A DNA stretch of 64,000 bases from Clostridia bacterium (lineage in GTDB: Bacteria; Bacillota; Clostridia; Oscillospirales; Acutalibacteraceae): the NCBI GenBank assembly GCA_017403065.1, contig JAFQOT010000006.1:33865-97864 (forward strand), written 5' to 3'. Under the pieces are notes generated by a model. That model saw nothing but the letters and a program-made list of their open reading frames with translations. It was not told where the DNA came from and did not search any database. Position 1 is the stretch's first letter; the number at the start of each line of letters is the position of its first letter. This document shows, piece after piece, positions 37,573 to 47,197 of this stretch. Made by a program: the position numbers and the translations under genes.

Positions 37573-39696
37573 CTAACGAAATGCTACTTCTAAGAATATG
37601 GTGCCAACAAATGTGAAAATCTGCTGAACCATTATTATTGTTACTGCAATAAGGAATACAACGAGAAGTAATCCAAATATAGAAAGAATTGAAGTTCCAA
37701 CGAATTTACCGAATGTGTAATCGTGAATTTTCATCAAACCTATTGCCAAAAGCAACACTGTATATATAACAGCAACTGTGCCGATAATAGAAAGGAATGA
37801 TGCTTCGCTTTCTAACAGGAAGTTGGACAACACTGTTGTAACCACATTGGAAATTATTAAAACTATTAACGAGTAACAGGTAACAATGTAAATTTCTTTA
37901 ATTTTACCTAAACCGTTAAATAATGTACATACAGCCCAGTTAACAACTGTCCATATAAGTACCGCACCCAAGGAGCGAATTAAAACTACTATAGAGTTAA
38001 AGGCTGTAGCATCAGTTGAAGAAAATGTAAATCCGTAAAAATCGTTTTTGAGAATTTCAGAAATATAATAAACTACCAAAATTATTGTAGCGTAAATTAC
38101 AGAGCCTTTTTTCTTCTCTCTGATTTCGCCAAAATTGTTTGCAGGGTGAATAGGTACAGTAAGAGCAAGTCTTAAATCGTAATTTTTAATAAATACAATA
38201 CCCTTTTTCTTCTTGTAAACCAGTCCTGCCCAAAGCGCTGCCACCAACAAAACGCAGCCTACAAATATAAATCCGAAGTTTTTGCTTAACAGGTCACTTC
38301 TTAATTGCTCGTAAGCTCTTCCGTAGGTATCTCTGTCTAAGCCCTTCTTTGAATATTCAATAGCGGCTTCATAGTCAGCTCTGTTAAATGCAGCTCTTCC
38401 CAAGCCGATATACGCAAGCTGGCAGTTTTTATCCTGTGCGAGAATATTTTCCCAAAGGTCCTCTGCCTTATCATAATCACCGTCGTTAGAATACTGCTGA
38501 GCAGTTCTTAAAAGCTGACCGTATTCGGTAAACTTGAAAATGGTAACGCTTTGCTTTAACTGGTCGCAGACATAAAGCCTGTCGTTATAATAATCAATGC
38601 CGCAAGGCTTTTTAAATGTTCCCGCCTGAGTGCCGTTACCAACACCTCCACCGAAAGCAGAAACGAAATTGCAGCTGTTGTCATACATATATATATTGCC
38701 TAAGGAACTGTCGTAGCAATACAAGAAGCCTTGGTTATCTACGCATACACTTGAAATGTCAGGTTTAACGGTTCTTCCTAAAGAGTTATGGGTGATTTGA
38801 TCCTCGCCGAAAGGCTTTTCGCCTTTTAGTATATTTGTACCTATTGGGCTTAAGCGGCGAATAGCATTCACTCTGTTGTTGTTATTAGTAGAGCCGGTTG
38901 CAGTATAAACGAAGCCTTCGTTATCTACATATATATCTACCAACTGATACGGCAAGCTTTTTACACTATAGTCATACTTTTCGCTTGTCATTGTTAAGTT
39001 TTCCCACAAATTAGCAAGAGCTGACAAGAAGGAAGCTTCCGCTTCGTTAGCGCCGTAGAAGCCTATAAACTTACCGTCGGGATTATATAAAATCGCACCG
39101 TAATAGCAACCGTCACTTAAAACATAGGTATAACCGCTTTGGTCAACCGTTACTCGTATGGGACGGAAGGTAAAATCATCAGGCATAAGTGATGAATCCG
39201 GAACGGTGATAATATCACTTACGTTACCCTGCGTATCCGACACGATAATTCTTGCATTGTCGGTATCGCATATATACATTACGTTTTCGGGAGAAACAAA
39301 TATTCCTCTCGGTTTTTTAAGCTTTAACACTTCACCGTTATTGTTAAAAGAAGTAATCTGATGAGAAAGCTTATATTCTGAACTAATTACTGTTACCTTT
39401 GCCTCGGTTGTATCTACTAAATAAATAGAACCGTCAGGACCCACGCTCATATCAGCTATCTCGGTAAAGCCTGTAAGACCAAGTGTTCCCGCATCAACAA
39501 CTGTATCTACGCTGAATGCTGCTTTAGTGGGCACAGGCTTGTTTACATAAGAATCTTGCCAATATGTATACGAGTTATAGGCCGTATCTGATTCGTATCC
39601 CGCAGCAGATACAACCAATGTAGCAGACAAAATAAATGTAATCAGAGCAAAGATAAAACATCTTGTAAATAAGTTTTTAACTGAATGTTTTTTCAT
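37573..39696 (-). CDS. fusion membrane protein: signal peptide, six-bladed NHL-repeat propeller, TPR segment, Yip1-like 5-TM domain
   Basis: Six NHL-like blades (DGSIYLVDT, VMYICDTDNARIIV, GYTYVLSDG, GFVYTATGS, GFLYCYDSSLGNIYMYD, RLYVCDQLKQSVTIF), a TPR-like helix pair, then TM helices. Confidence 0.8.
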   Translation of the reverse strand: MKKHSVKNLFTRCFIFALITFILSATLVVSAAGYESDTAYNSYTYWQDSYVNKPVPTKAAFSVDTVVDAGTLGLTGFTEIADMSVGPDGSIYLVDTTEAKVTVISSEYKLSHQITSFNNNGEVLKLKKPRGIFVSPENVMYICDTDNARIIVSDTQGNVSDIITVPDSSLMPDDFTFRPIRVTVDQSGYTYVLSDGCYYGAILYNPDGKFIGFYGANEAEASFLSALANLWENLTMTSEKYDYSVKSLPYQLVDIYVDNEGFVYTATGSTNNNNRVNAIRRLSPIGTNILKGEKPFGEDQITHNSLGRTVKPDISSVCVDNQGFLYCYDSSLGNIYMYDNSCNFVSAFGGGVGNGTQAGTFKKPCGIDYYNDRLYVCDQLKQSVTIFKFTEYGQLLRTAQQYSNDGDYDKAEDLWENILAQDKNCQLAYIGLGRAAFNRADYEAAIEYSKKGLDRDTYGRAYEQLRSDLLSKNFGFIFVGCVLLVAALWAGLVYKKKKGIVFIKNYDLRLALTVPIHPANNFGEIREKKKGSVIYATIILVVYYISEILKNDFYGFTFSSTDATAFNSIVVLIRSLGAVLIWTVVNWAVCTLFNGLGKIKEIYIVTCYSLIVLIISNVVTTVLSNFLLESEASFLSIIGTVAVIYTVLLLAIGLMKIHDYTFGKFVGTSILSIFGLLLVVFLIAVTIIMVQQIFTFVGTIFLEVAFR

Positions 39697-39713
39697 TTAA
39701 TTTTCGCCTCCTA

Positions 39714-40619
39714 CTATTCCTTGATACCGGCGCTGCTCATAGATTCCATAATGTTGCTCTGGGAAATCATATAAACTAAGATAGGCGGTATCATCATAAT
39801 TACCGTAACCGCCATGGCGCTACCTGAACGGGCGATACCGCCGGCAGTAATTTGTTGCATGATGGTAGGTAATGTTTTTAAGCTTTCATTAAATATTGTA
39901 CCTTGTGGTGTAATAGCCCACGCTTCGCGGAATCCAAAAAGAATAAGGGTAAGAAGACAAGGCTTAACTATAGGCACAGCTATCTGGAAGAAAATTCTGT
40001 ACGCTCCTGCTCCGTCAACCCTTGCAGCTTCAAGAAGCGCGTTTGGTATAGCACCCTCCATATACTGCTTCATAAGGAATACACCCATTGTAGAAGCAAC
40101 GTGAGGAATAATCATAACCAAATATGTATCAATAAGACCAAACCAAGAATAAATCAAGTATCTTGGAATTGACAGTGTGTACGCATTAAACAAAAGCGCG
40201 AACTGTACTATAAGGAAGAAGGTCTTTCTACCTTTTATTTTTGACTTGCATAGAGCAAAAGCAGCCAATGTTGCCAAAAATACATATAAAAGAGTAGAGG
40301 TTATTGTAACAAACAAGCTGTTAAATACATATCTGGAAAGAGGTATTCTCAGGTTTGATAAAAGTCCCGGTAAAGCGGCGTAGTTAGCTACTGTAGGACG
40401 TATTACAAAGAAACGCGGCGGGAATACCAAAAGCTCATCCAAAGGCTTAAAAGATGTAACAATACAGTAAACCAAAGGAAGTACCGAAAAGGCGCCAAAT
40501 GCAACTAAAAACAAAACATAAAAGAAGTTGCCCACTTTTGATCTTGTATAGCGTTTATATTGACTTTCTTTTGACACCTTTAATTTGGGAGTCTTTGTCT
40601 TAACATTATTTTTTGTCAT
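39714..40619 (-). CDS. carbohydrate ABC transporter permease (MalG-like)
   Basis: EAA loop LLEAARVDGAGAYRIFFQIAVP; 6 TM. Confidence 0.9.
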   Translation of the reverse strand: MTKNNVKTKTPKLKVSKESQYKRYTRSKVGNFFYVLFLVAFGAFSVLPLVYCIVTSFKPLDELLVFPPRFFVIRPTVANYAALPGLLSNLRIPLSRYVFNSLFVTITSTLLYVFLATLAAFALCKSKIKGRKTFFLIVQFALLFNAYTLSIPRYLIYSWFGLIDTYLVMIIPHVASTMGVFLMKQYMEGAIPNALLEAARVDGAGAYRIFFQIAVPIVKPCLLTLILFGFREAWAITPQGTIFNESLKTLPTIMQQITAGGIARSGSAMAVTVIMMIPPILVYMISQSNIMESMSSAGIKE

Positions 40620-40632
40620 TATTAAATCCTCC

Positions 40633-41535
40633 CTATCTTCCTACAGAATCAATGGCCTTTTTGATTACAGCACGTGTTACGGCCATCATTACGAACAATA
40701 CAACTGCCAATGCAGATGCATATCCCATTTCATACTTAACAGTACCAACGTCATGCATATAAGAAACGATGGTATCAACTGCATAGTTAACGCTGGGGTA
40801 GCCTGCAAGCTCAATAGCGATAGCGCTAACCGAGAAGGCAGAGGCTATCTGCATAACAGCGCTGAACAACAGCATGTGCTGCATAGCAGGCAATGTAATG
40901 TACCAAAGCTCTTGCCAGCGGTTTCTGATACCGTCAATAGCGCCCGCCTCATACATTTCACCATTTACGTTCTGCAAACCTGAAATGTTAGAAAGGAAAG
41001 ATACACCCATACTCTGCCACAACTGGACAGCTATAATAATCGGCATAACATAGGTAGCATTTTTAAGCCAGGAAATCGGCTCGGTTAAGATGCCTATAGA
41101 CATTAAAAGGCTGTTTACATAACCGTAGCTATCTGACGAGAAGGCTGTCTGCCATACGAAGTAGGCGTTACCTACAAGGGCAGGACAATAGAAAAGGAAT
41201 GATAAAATAGTACGCACCATTGGACTGAATTCGTTAATAAACCAAGCTAAAACGAAGGCAAGCAAAAAGCCTAAAGGTCCTGTGATAATTGCGAATACTA
41301 CTGTATTTTTAACAGTAATAGAAAATATTTCATCATTTAATATCATACGGGCGTAGTTATCCACACCGTTAAATTTAGGGGCGGAAACCATATCAAAATC
41401 CGTAAAACTAAAAATTATGGAGGTGATAACAGGTAATACCGTTAATATAACGAATACTATAAAAAACGGTAACACCATTGTGTAATACGGAATCCATTCC
41501 TGAAGAATGTTCCGTGTTTTTGTAGTCATTTTCAT
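40633..41535 (-). CDS. sugar ABC transporter permease (MalF-like)
   Basis: EAA loop YEAGAIDGIRNRWQELWYITLP; 6 TM. Confidence 0.9.
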   Translation of the reverse strand: MKMTTKTRNILQEWIPYYTMVLPFFIVFVILTVLPVITSIIFSFTDFDMVSAPKFNGVDNYARMILNDEIFSITVKNTVVFAIITGPLGFLLAFVLAWFINEFSPMVRTILSFLFYCPALVGNAYFVWQTAFSSDSYGYVNSLLMSIGILTEPISWLKNATYVMPIIIAVQLWQSMGVSFLSNISGLQNVNGEMYEAGAIDGIRNRWQELWYITLPAMQHMLLFSAVMQIASAFSVSAIAIELAGYPSVNYAVDTIVSYMHDVGTVKYEMGYASALAVVLFVMMAVTRAVIKKAIDSVGR

Positions 41536-41552
41536 TAAATCTTCTCCTCCAT

Positions 41553-44441
41553 TTAATCAGCGTACTGTGCTATCTTACGTTGGATTTCGCTGTCGGCAAT
41601 CTTATCCCATTTGGTTAATGTATCCTTAGGGTTAGCGTCGTTATTATAAACATCCCAGAATGCCTGGTCAACAGATCTTGAGAGGTAATAGCTTCCCGGA
41701 ACCTCAGGAACCTCCTTAATCCAGGTTCTTTGCTCAAGAAGTGTAGCAAGATGCTCTTTATCCCAAGACATACGGCTGAAGGCTTCAACGTTAGCGGTTG
41801 TAACACGCGAAATAGCGCCTAAAATTGATTCTATATTGTTATTATATCTCAACTGTATGTCAGCGCTGGTCCACCACTTAAGGAATTCCCAAGCAGCTTC
41901 CTTGTTTTCGGAATGTTTAAGAATTCCACAGCCTGTACCCGAGCCTGAAACGGTATGATTAACCTTTCCGTTTTCATCCTTAACACCGGGCACCAATGCG
42001 ATAGACCATTTTCCATCAATTTCAGGGGCAGCGTCCGAAATAGTAGTATATATATTGTAGGGCTCTATACCCAAAGGTGTTGTACCTGCTCTGAATCGGT
42101 TATAGAAGCTTTGTACTGTTGGAATACGGTATTTTGTATACAAATCGGTCCAGAAGGTAAACGCCTTGAAGCTTGTTGGGCTTGTAAGCATAGCCTGAGT
42201 TTGTTTTTCATCATACAGGCTACCGCCGTGCTGCTGTAAAATACCGGCAAAGAGGTTAAGTCCGCCCACACCTGTATTTACAGTAGTTGCCGCGCTTATT
42301 TGTGTATAAGGTAAGCCTACCTGTAAATTATTGTGCTGAAGTGATGTTGTAACATCGATAAAATCTTCCCAGGTTTCAGGAACCTTTAATCCAAAGTCGG
42401 CTAAAATATCCTCACGGTAATACATTATATAGAATGCTTGTGTATCAGGAAGCGCATAAGCGCCGTTTTTATACTGATAAGGCATACCTGCAGAATCGCC
42501 AAAGCGCTTCATAATTTCTTCATAGTCATCAAAGTTCTTAAGGTCATATAATGCGCCGCGCATTGCAAGGTTTACAGGCTCGGTTCTCGCCATATGTAAC
42601 GAAAGGTCAGGGGCAATACCTGCCAGCATACCGTTAATAATGCTTGCATTTGTAAGCTCAAGATTAACGTTAATTCCTGTTTGAGGAGTAAAGGACTCCT
42701 GAATCAAGGAGTTCAATACCGTAGCCTGATCACGACCCCAGTTTACCCAGATTTTAATGGTTTCGCCTTCACCGGAAACGTGGGAGATACGGCTGTATTC
42801 ATCTCCGAAAGAAACAAGCAAACGCTTTGTTCCAAATGCAAGACCTTCAAAAAAGCCTGCTTCTCTGCTATCAAATTCCACATCTGCGCCTGTAAGCTGA
42901 ATGCAGTCAAGAGATAAAGGCATTGACTTCATTTCGCTTAACCAAGTACCTAATGTGGTATACTTTGTGAAATAATCCGCAACATAAATATGCGCTTTAT
43001 ATGAATCTTCGCACATAGAATTCAAAATACGAGACATATCGTTAATAGCAGCTATGTACTGACTGCTTCGTTTTCCCGACAAAGCCTTCATACCAGCGGC
43101 AAGGTCGTTGAGAGTGTCTCTGTATGATTCCAAATTTTCAACAAAATTAGGAATTTGCTTATGTAAATCATAGTCGCGGTTTTTATCAGGAGATGAGCCT
43201 GTAATTGTTACTATATCTAAGTAAAAATTACCTATTTTTTCTACCATACCCTCAAGTATGTCATAGGCGAAATCGGTTTCACCCATAGTACCTGCTAAGG
43301 ATATTGTATGCTTGCCCTCGTCCAGATAAATGAGGCAGTCCTCTTCACCGTTATCCAAAACAGTAAACGCCCAGTCAGTATTGTATTCAAACTTTACATT
43401 TTTAGCTTCTTCAAAAGGAGTTTTACCGTCAACTTTTAACCAACGGTAAGAAATACCGTCAATAATCTGGTCCTGCTTGTAATTAAAGCCTATTCTGTAA
43501 AGACCAGCTTTTTCTACGTTGAATTCCCATTGGATTTCTTCCCGTGGAGTTTTCCAGTTTGAAGCGCCAATGTAGTTCATAACAGACTTAGAAACTTCAC
43601 GCGGGCGGATATTAGCAGAAGAGTTGTCGCATTTAGGAACTAAGGATTTAACAGATTTCTTTATGGCATCCTCAGCCTCAATGGTAATAACCTTTCCGTC
43701 ATAATTCTTATAACCCGCAGCCTTATAATCCTTTTTAACATCAGAGTATGACTTAATTTCCTTAGGAGCAACAAGAGATATTTCAGCAATCGCAATATAA
43801 CCTTGGTCTTTTTCTATAGTAATAGTATGCTGACCTGCTGTGAAAGCAAACTGTAAATCCTCAGAAATGCCGCCTGCAGGGTCATACAAAACGGTTGTAT
43901 TGTATTCTCTTACCTGTACCTGCTCAGGAGCATATTCATTTCCTACATCATCCTTGTTTTTACCGTCAGCATCTTTCCACATACAAGTAAAATCAAGCTT
44001 TTCGGCAACAGGGAAAGGACTTACTCCATCTATTTTAAGAGAGAAATCGACATTAGCACCCGATTCATCAATTACGAAATATGTAACCTGAATTTCATAT
44101 AATCCCGCATTGGCAACCATAACAGGAATATTGATGGCATCCTTATCAGATAACCAGACTAAAGCGTTTTTACCCGCATAATCCTCGTATTTAACCGAAG
44201 GGTTTCCTTTTGCTACGGTAAAGGCCGAGAGGTCAAACTTAACATCCTCTTTAGCGGCGCTTAAACCACTTGCCGATTTATACAAATCATAGTCTGACTG
44301 TATAACCAACACATTTGAATCTGTTTCTTTTGCTTCTTCGGCGCTAACGTTGAAAGCAGCACCTACAGGAAGGAAAACCATTCCCACAAGCATAAAAAGC
44401 ATTAAAAGAAACGAAGTGCTTTGTTTAAATAATTTTGTCAT
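41553..44441 (-). CDS. 962-aa extracellular solute-binding protein with two N-terminal CBM6/35-like modules
   Basis: Signal peptide ...FNVSAEE; two beta-sandwich-like modules (AGLYEIQVTY..., IEAEDA...AGLYRIGFNY...GKHTISL); the C-terminal ~420 aa look SBP family-1-like. Confidence 0.8.
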   Translation of the reverse strand: MTKLFKQSTSFLLMLFMLVGMVFLPVGAAFNVSAEEAKETDSNVLVIQSDYDLYKSASGLSAAKEDVKFDLSAFTVAKGNPSVKYEDYAGKNALVWLSDKDAINIPVMVANAGLYEIQVTYFVIDESGANVDFSLKIDGVSPFPVAEKLDFTCMWKDADGKNKDDVGNEYAPEQVQVREYNTTVLYDPAGGISEDLQFAFTAGQHTITIEKDQGYIAIAEISLVAPKEIKSYSDVKKDYKAAGYKNYDGKVITIEAEDAIKKSVKSLVPKCDNSSANIRPREVSKSVMNYIGASNWKTPREEIQWEFNVEKAGLYRIGFNYKQDQIIDGISYRWLKVDGKTPFEEAKNVKFEYNTDWAFTVLDNGEEDCLIYLDEGKHTISLAGTMGETDFAYDILEGMVEKIGNFYLDIVTITGSSPDKNRDYDLHKQIPNFVENLESYRDTLNDLAAGMKALSGKRSSQYIAAINDMSRILNSMCEDSYKAHIYVADYFTKYTTLGTWLSEMKSMPLSLDCIQLTGADVEFDSREAGFFEGLAFGTKRLLVSFGDEYSRISHVSGEGETIKIWVNWGRDQATVLNSLIQESFTPQTGINVNLELTNASIINGMLAGIAPDLSLHMARTEPVNLAMRGALYDLKNFDDYEEIMKRFGDSAGMPYQYKNGAYALPDTQAFYIMYYREDILADFGLKVPETWEDFIDVTTSLQHNNLQVGLPYTQISAATTVNTGVGGLNLFAGILQQHGGSLYDEKQTQAMLTSPTSFKAFTFWTDLYTKYRIPTVQSFYNRFRAGTTPLGIEPYNIYTTISDAAPEIDGKWSIALVPGVKDENGKVNHTVSGSGTGCGILKHSENKEAAWEFLKWWTSADIQLRYNNNIESILGAISRVTTANVEAFSRMSWDKEHLATLLEQRTWIKEVPEVPGSYYLSRSVDQAFWDVYNNDANPKDTLTKWDKIADSEIQRKIAQYAD

Positions 44442-44816
44442 AATCTCTTTCCTCTTTTATCTGATAAAATTATAAGCTTTATTTAAATTCATAAAAATTT
44501 TATGAAATTGAAATAGGGTTATGTTTTGAAAAACCGTTTCCAAAACAGGTAGATGTATTCATATCAAATCACGTCCTTAAACAAATACAAAAAACGCAAA
44601 TTTGTGACAAAAAAAGACAATAAAAGCTTAAAATGGGGATACTATAAGCAATTATATCTTATGATACAGTATACATTATATCACATTTTAGGTGATTTTC
44701 TATAACAATTATGCTTTTTTTTCTTAAAAACAGAAAAAATATGTTCACTTTTTAGAAATAATATAGTATAATATTAACAAATAAATTGATTTTTTATGTA
44801 ACGGTGATTAAAACTT

Positions 44817-45620
44817 ATGGCTATAATGCATAAAAACGACTTTTTTTCTTCAAGCAAAGTTGCTAACGAACGCATACATACACCCCTTCATTTTCATACT
44901 GATTATGAGCTTTGCTATGTACAAGCAGGTGAATTCAGGTTCGTTTTGAATGAAAAAATACTTGATTTAACCCCCGGCGATGCAGTAATTGTTCCAAAAA
45001 ACGCTATACATAATACAGACAGCGGTGATTGCCTTTATAATTATCTTATAACCCTGTCATTCGACAATCACCACCTGTTTTACGAAACCTCAACTATGCT
45101 TTCTGAACTATGTGCCGAAAATATTGTGCATATTCCCACAGACAAAAAAGGTGAGGTCGAGGAGCTGCTTTATAAAATTGAGGATGAATATATAAAAAAG
45201 AGAGACAGCCACCAAACCCTTATTAAATTTTATATTGGCGAGCTTTTAACTATGCTATATCGGTATAGATTATCTCGGACTGAAAATCCCTCTCATTCTA
45301 TGTCTATTATCCAAAAGATTGTCGACTACATAACCTTAAACTTCGACCGTGATATTACCCTTAATACCCTTTGTAAAAAATACAACATAAGCAGCAGCTA
45401 TCTTTCACATAAATTCAAAAACACTATGGGCTGCAGTATCAGCGAATATATAACCTCTGTCCGCATTGCAAATGCCGAAAAGCTGCTTAAAAGCGGAAAA
45501 ATTTCAATTACAGAGGTTTCGGCAAAATGCGGCTTTAATGACAGCAATTATTTCGCCCGCGTCTTTAAACAGCATAAAGGCATAACCCCGTACAAATTTT
45601 TAAAGAATAATATGGAATAA
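44817..45620 (+). CDS. AraC-family transcriptional regulator (cupin + HTH), divergent from the glycan locus
   Basis: C-terminal AraC HTH (SSSYLSHKFKNTMGCSISEYITSVRIANAEKLL ... GFNDSNYFARVFK). Confidence 0.88.
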   Translation: MAIMHKNDFFSSSKVANERIHTPLHFHTDYELCYVQAGEFRFVLNEKILDLTPGDAVIVPKNAIHNTDSGDCLYNYLITLSFDNHHLFYETSTMLSELCAENIVHIPTDKKGEVEELLYKIEDEYIKKRDSHQTLIKFYIGELLTMLYRYRLSRTENPSHSMSIIQKIVDYITLNFDRDITLNTLCKKYNISSSYLSHKFKNTMGCSISEYITSVRIANAEKLLKSGKISITEVSAKCGFNDSNYFARVFKQHKGITPYKFLKNNME

Positions 45621-45622
45621 CG

Positions 45623-45670
45623 AATCAGCTCGGCACCAAAGTGCCGAGCTGATTTCTTTCTTCGTTTTTT
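45623..45670 (+). terminator. rho-independent terminator after the AraC gene
   Basis: aatcagctcggcac / gtgccgagctgatt 14-bp stem followed by a T-rich tract. Confidence 0.8.
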
Positions 45671-45713
45671 GTTAAAAAAGCGAAATATCGTTATTATAAG
45701 CCGTATTTTATTC

Positions 45714-46505
45714 CTAATCCACGTTTACACCCTTATTAAACAATTTAATGTTTATTAAAAATCCAACAATATTTATTACTATATAACTTATAATGCTGTA
45801 AACAACAGCAAATTTAATAACCTCTAAATTCATCGCCTTAGTTGTAACAAATATATTCATAAAATCGCTATTAAAAATTGCAGGTATAAACATTAAAATC
45901 ACAATCGTAATTTGGCTTAGCATATAGATTATAAAGCCAAATAAAACCGACATTCCCAATTTGCCGTTGTTAAAGCGGTGGCCTAAAATAATACCTGTAA
46001 AGCCACACTGTAAAATATTTATAAACTCAAGATATAACACAAAAACAACTAAAACCAAACCCGTCAGTAAGGATATATTAAAGGTATTCAAAATTGGAGA
46101 TATCATAGCTTTTAGGGCATCCGCATTTTCCTTGCTGTAATAGATTACAAAAAGACCCAAAATTAAAACAATTAAGCTAACAAAAGCGGTTATAACGGCT
46201 GTCAGCATTTTTGAGCTATAGATACAATGCTTTTTCACAGGTAAGGTATGGGTAAGATAGGATTCATCTCCATAAACGCTTTGACGAAACTTAACCCAAA
46301 GGCGCAATATGTTATTCGCAAAAGCGCTGAAAAGCATAGAAAAGGCAGCGCCTCTGCATATTTCACCTACTATTTTCATGAACAGGGAATTATCGATATT
46401 TAAAAACAGTCTTGTTAAAACTGCAAAAAACAGACCGAGAATATAAAAAACACTTAAAAATTTCAAAAACTGTTTTAAATCATATTTTAAAAGCCTACCT
46501 AACAT
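45714..46505 (-). CDS. ABC-2-type transporter membrane protein (function unknown)
   Basis: 6-7 TM hydrophobic protein overlapping the upstream ATPase gene. Confidence 0.7.
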   Translation of the reverse strand: MLGRLLKYDLKQFLKFLSVFYILGLFFAVLTRLFLNIDNSLFMKIVGEICRGAAFSMLFSAFANNILRLWVKFRQSVYGDESYLTHTLPVKKHCIYSSKMLTAVITAFVSLIVLILGLFVIYYSKENADALKAMISPILNTFNISLLTGLVLVVFVLYLEFINILQCGFTGIILGHRFNNGKLGMSVLFGFIIYMLSQITIVILMFIPAIFNSDFMNIFVTTKAMNLEVIKFAVVYSIISYIVINIVGFLINIKLFNKGVNVD

Positions 46506-47197
46506 CTGAACATCCTCCTGAAAATTTCATCCACAGAACCGCCTTGTTCTGTACGTAGCTTGTCACACTCAGAATGAAGAATAATTTTACCGTCGTTTAT
46601 AAAAATAACATCATCTAATATACGTTCTATATCGTTTATCAGGTGGGTAGAAATAATAACGCTTGCCCCCTCGTTAAAGTTAGAAAGTATAGTGTCGAGA
46701 ATATATTCTCTCGTAGCAGGGTCGACACCCCCAAGTGGCTCATCAAGTATATAAAGGTCGGCTTTTCGACTCATAACTAAAACCAACTGCACCTTTTCTT
46801 GCATACCCTTGCTCATCTTGGCAAGCTTTTGATTAACATCAAGACCCAATTCTTCTAATAGCTTATATGCCTTTTGGCTATCAAAATTATCATAAAATTC
46901 AGCAAAATATTTTATAACCTGTGCAACCTTCATCGATTTGTCAAGGTAGGTGCGTTCAGGTAAATAAGCAATAATTTTTTTAGATTCCACGCTTGGCGAT
47001 TTGCCGTTAATCAATACTTCTCCTGATGTGGGGGTGAGCAAATCGTTTATAAGCTTTATTAGAGTTGATTTGCCCGTTCCGTTTTTACCAAGTAAGCCAA
47101 CAATCTTGCCACGAGGTATGGTCAGGTTTATATTTTCCAAAACCTTTTTAGCGCCAAAACTTTTGTTTAAATTTTTAAGTTCTAATATGGTATTCAT
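46499..47197 (-). CDS. ABC transporter ATP-binding protein
   Basis: Walker A GKNGTGKST, signature MSKGMQ, Walker B LYILDEP. Confidence 0.92.
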   Translation of the reverse strand: MNTILELKNLNKSFGAKKVLENINLTIPRGKIVGLLGKNGTGKSTLIKLINDLLTPTSGEVLINGKSPSVESKKIIAYLPERTYLDKSMKVAQVIKYFAEFYDNFDSQKAYKLLEELGLDVNQKLAKMSKGMQEKVQLVLVMSRKADLYILDEPLGGVDPATREYILDTILSNFNEGASVIISTHLINDIERILDDVIFINDGKIILHSECDKLRTEQGGSVDEIFRRMFRC

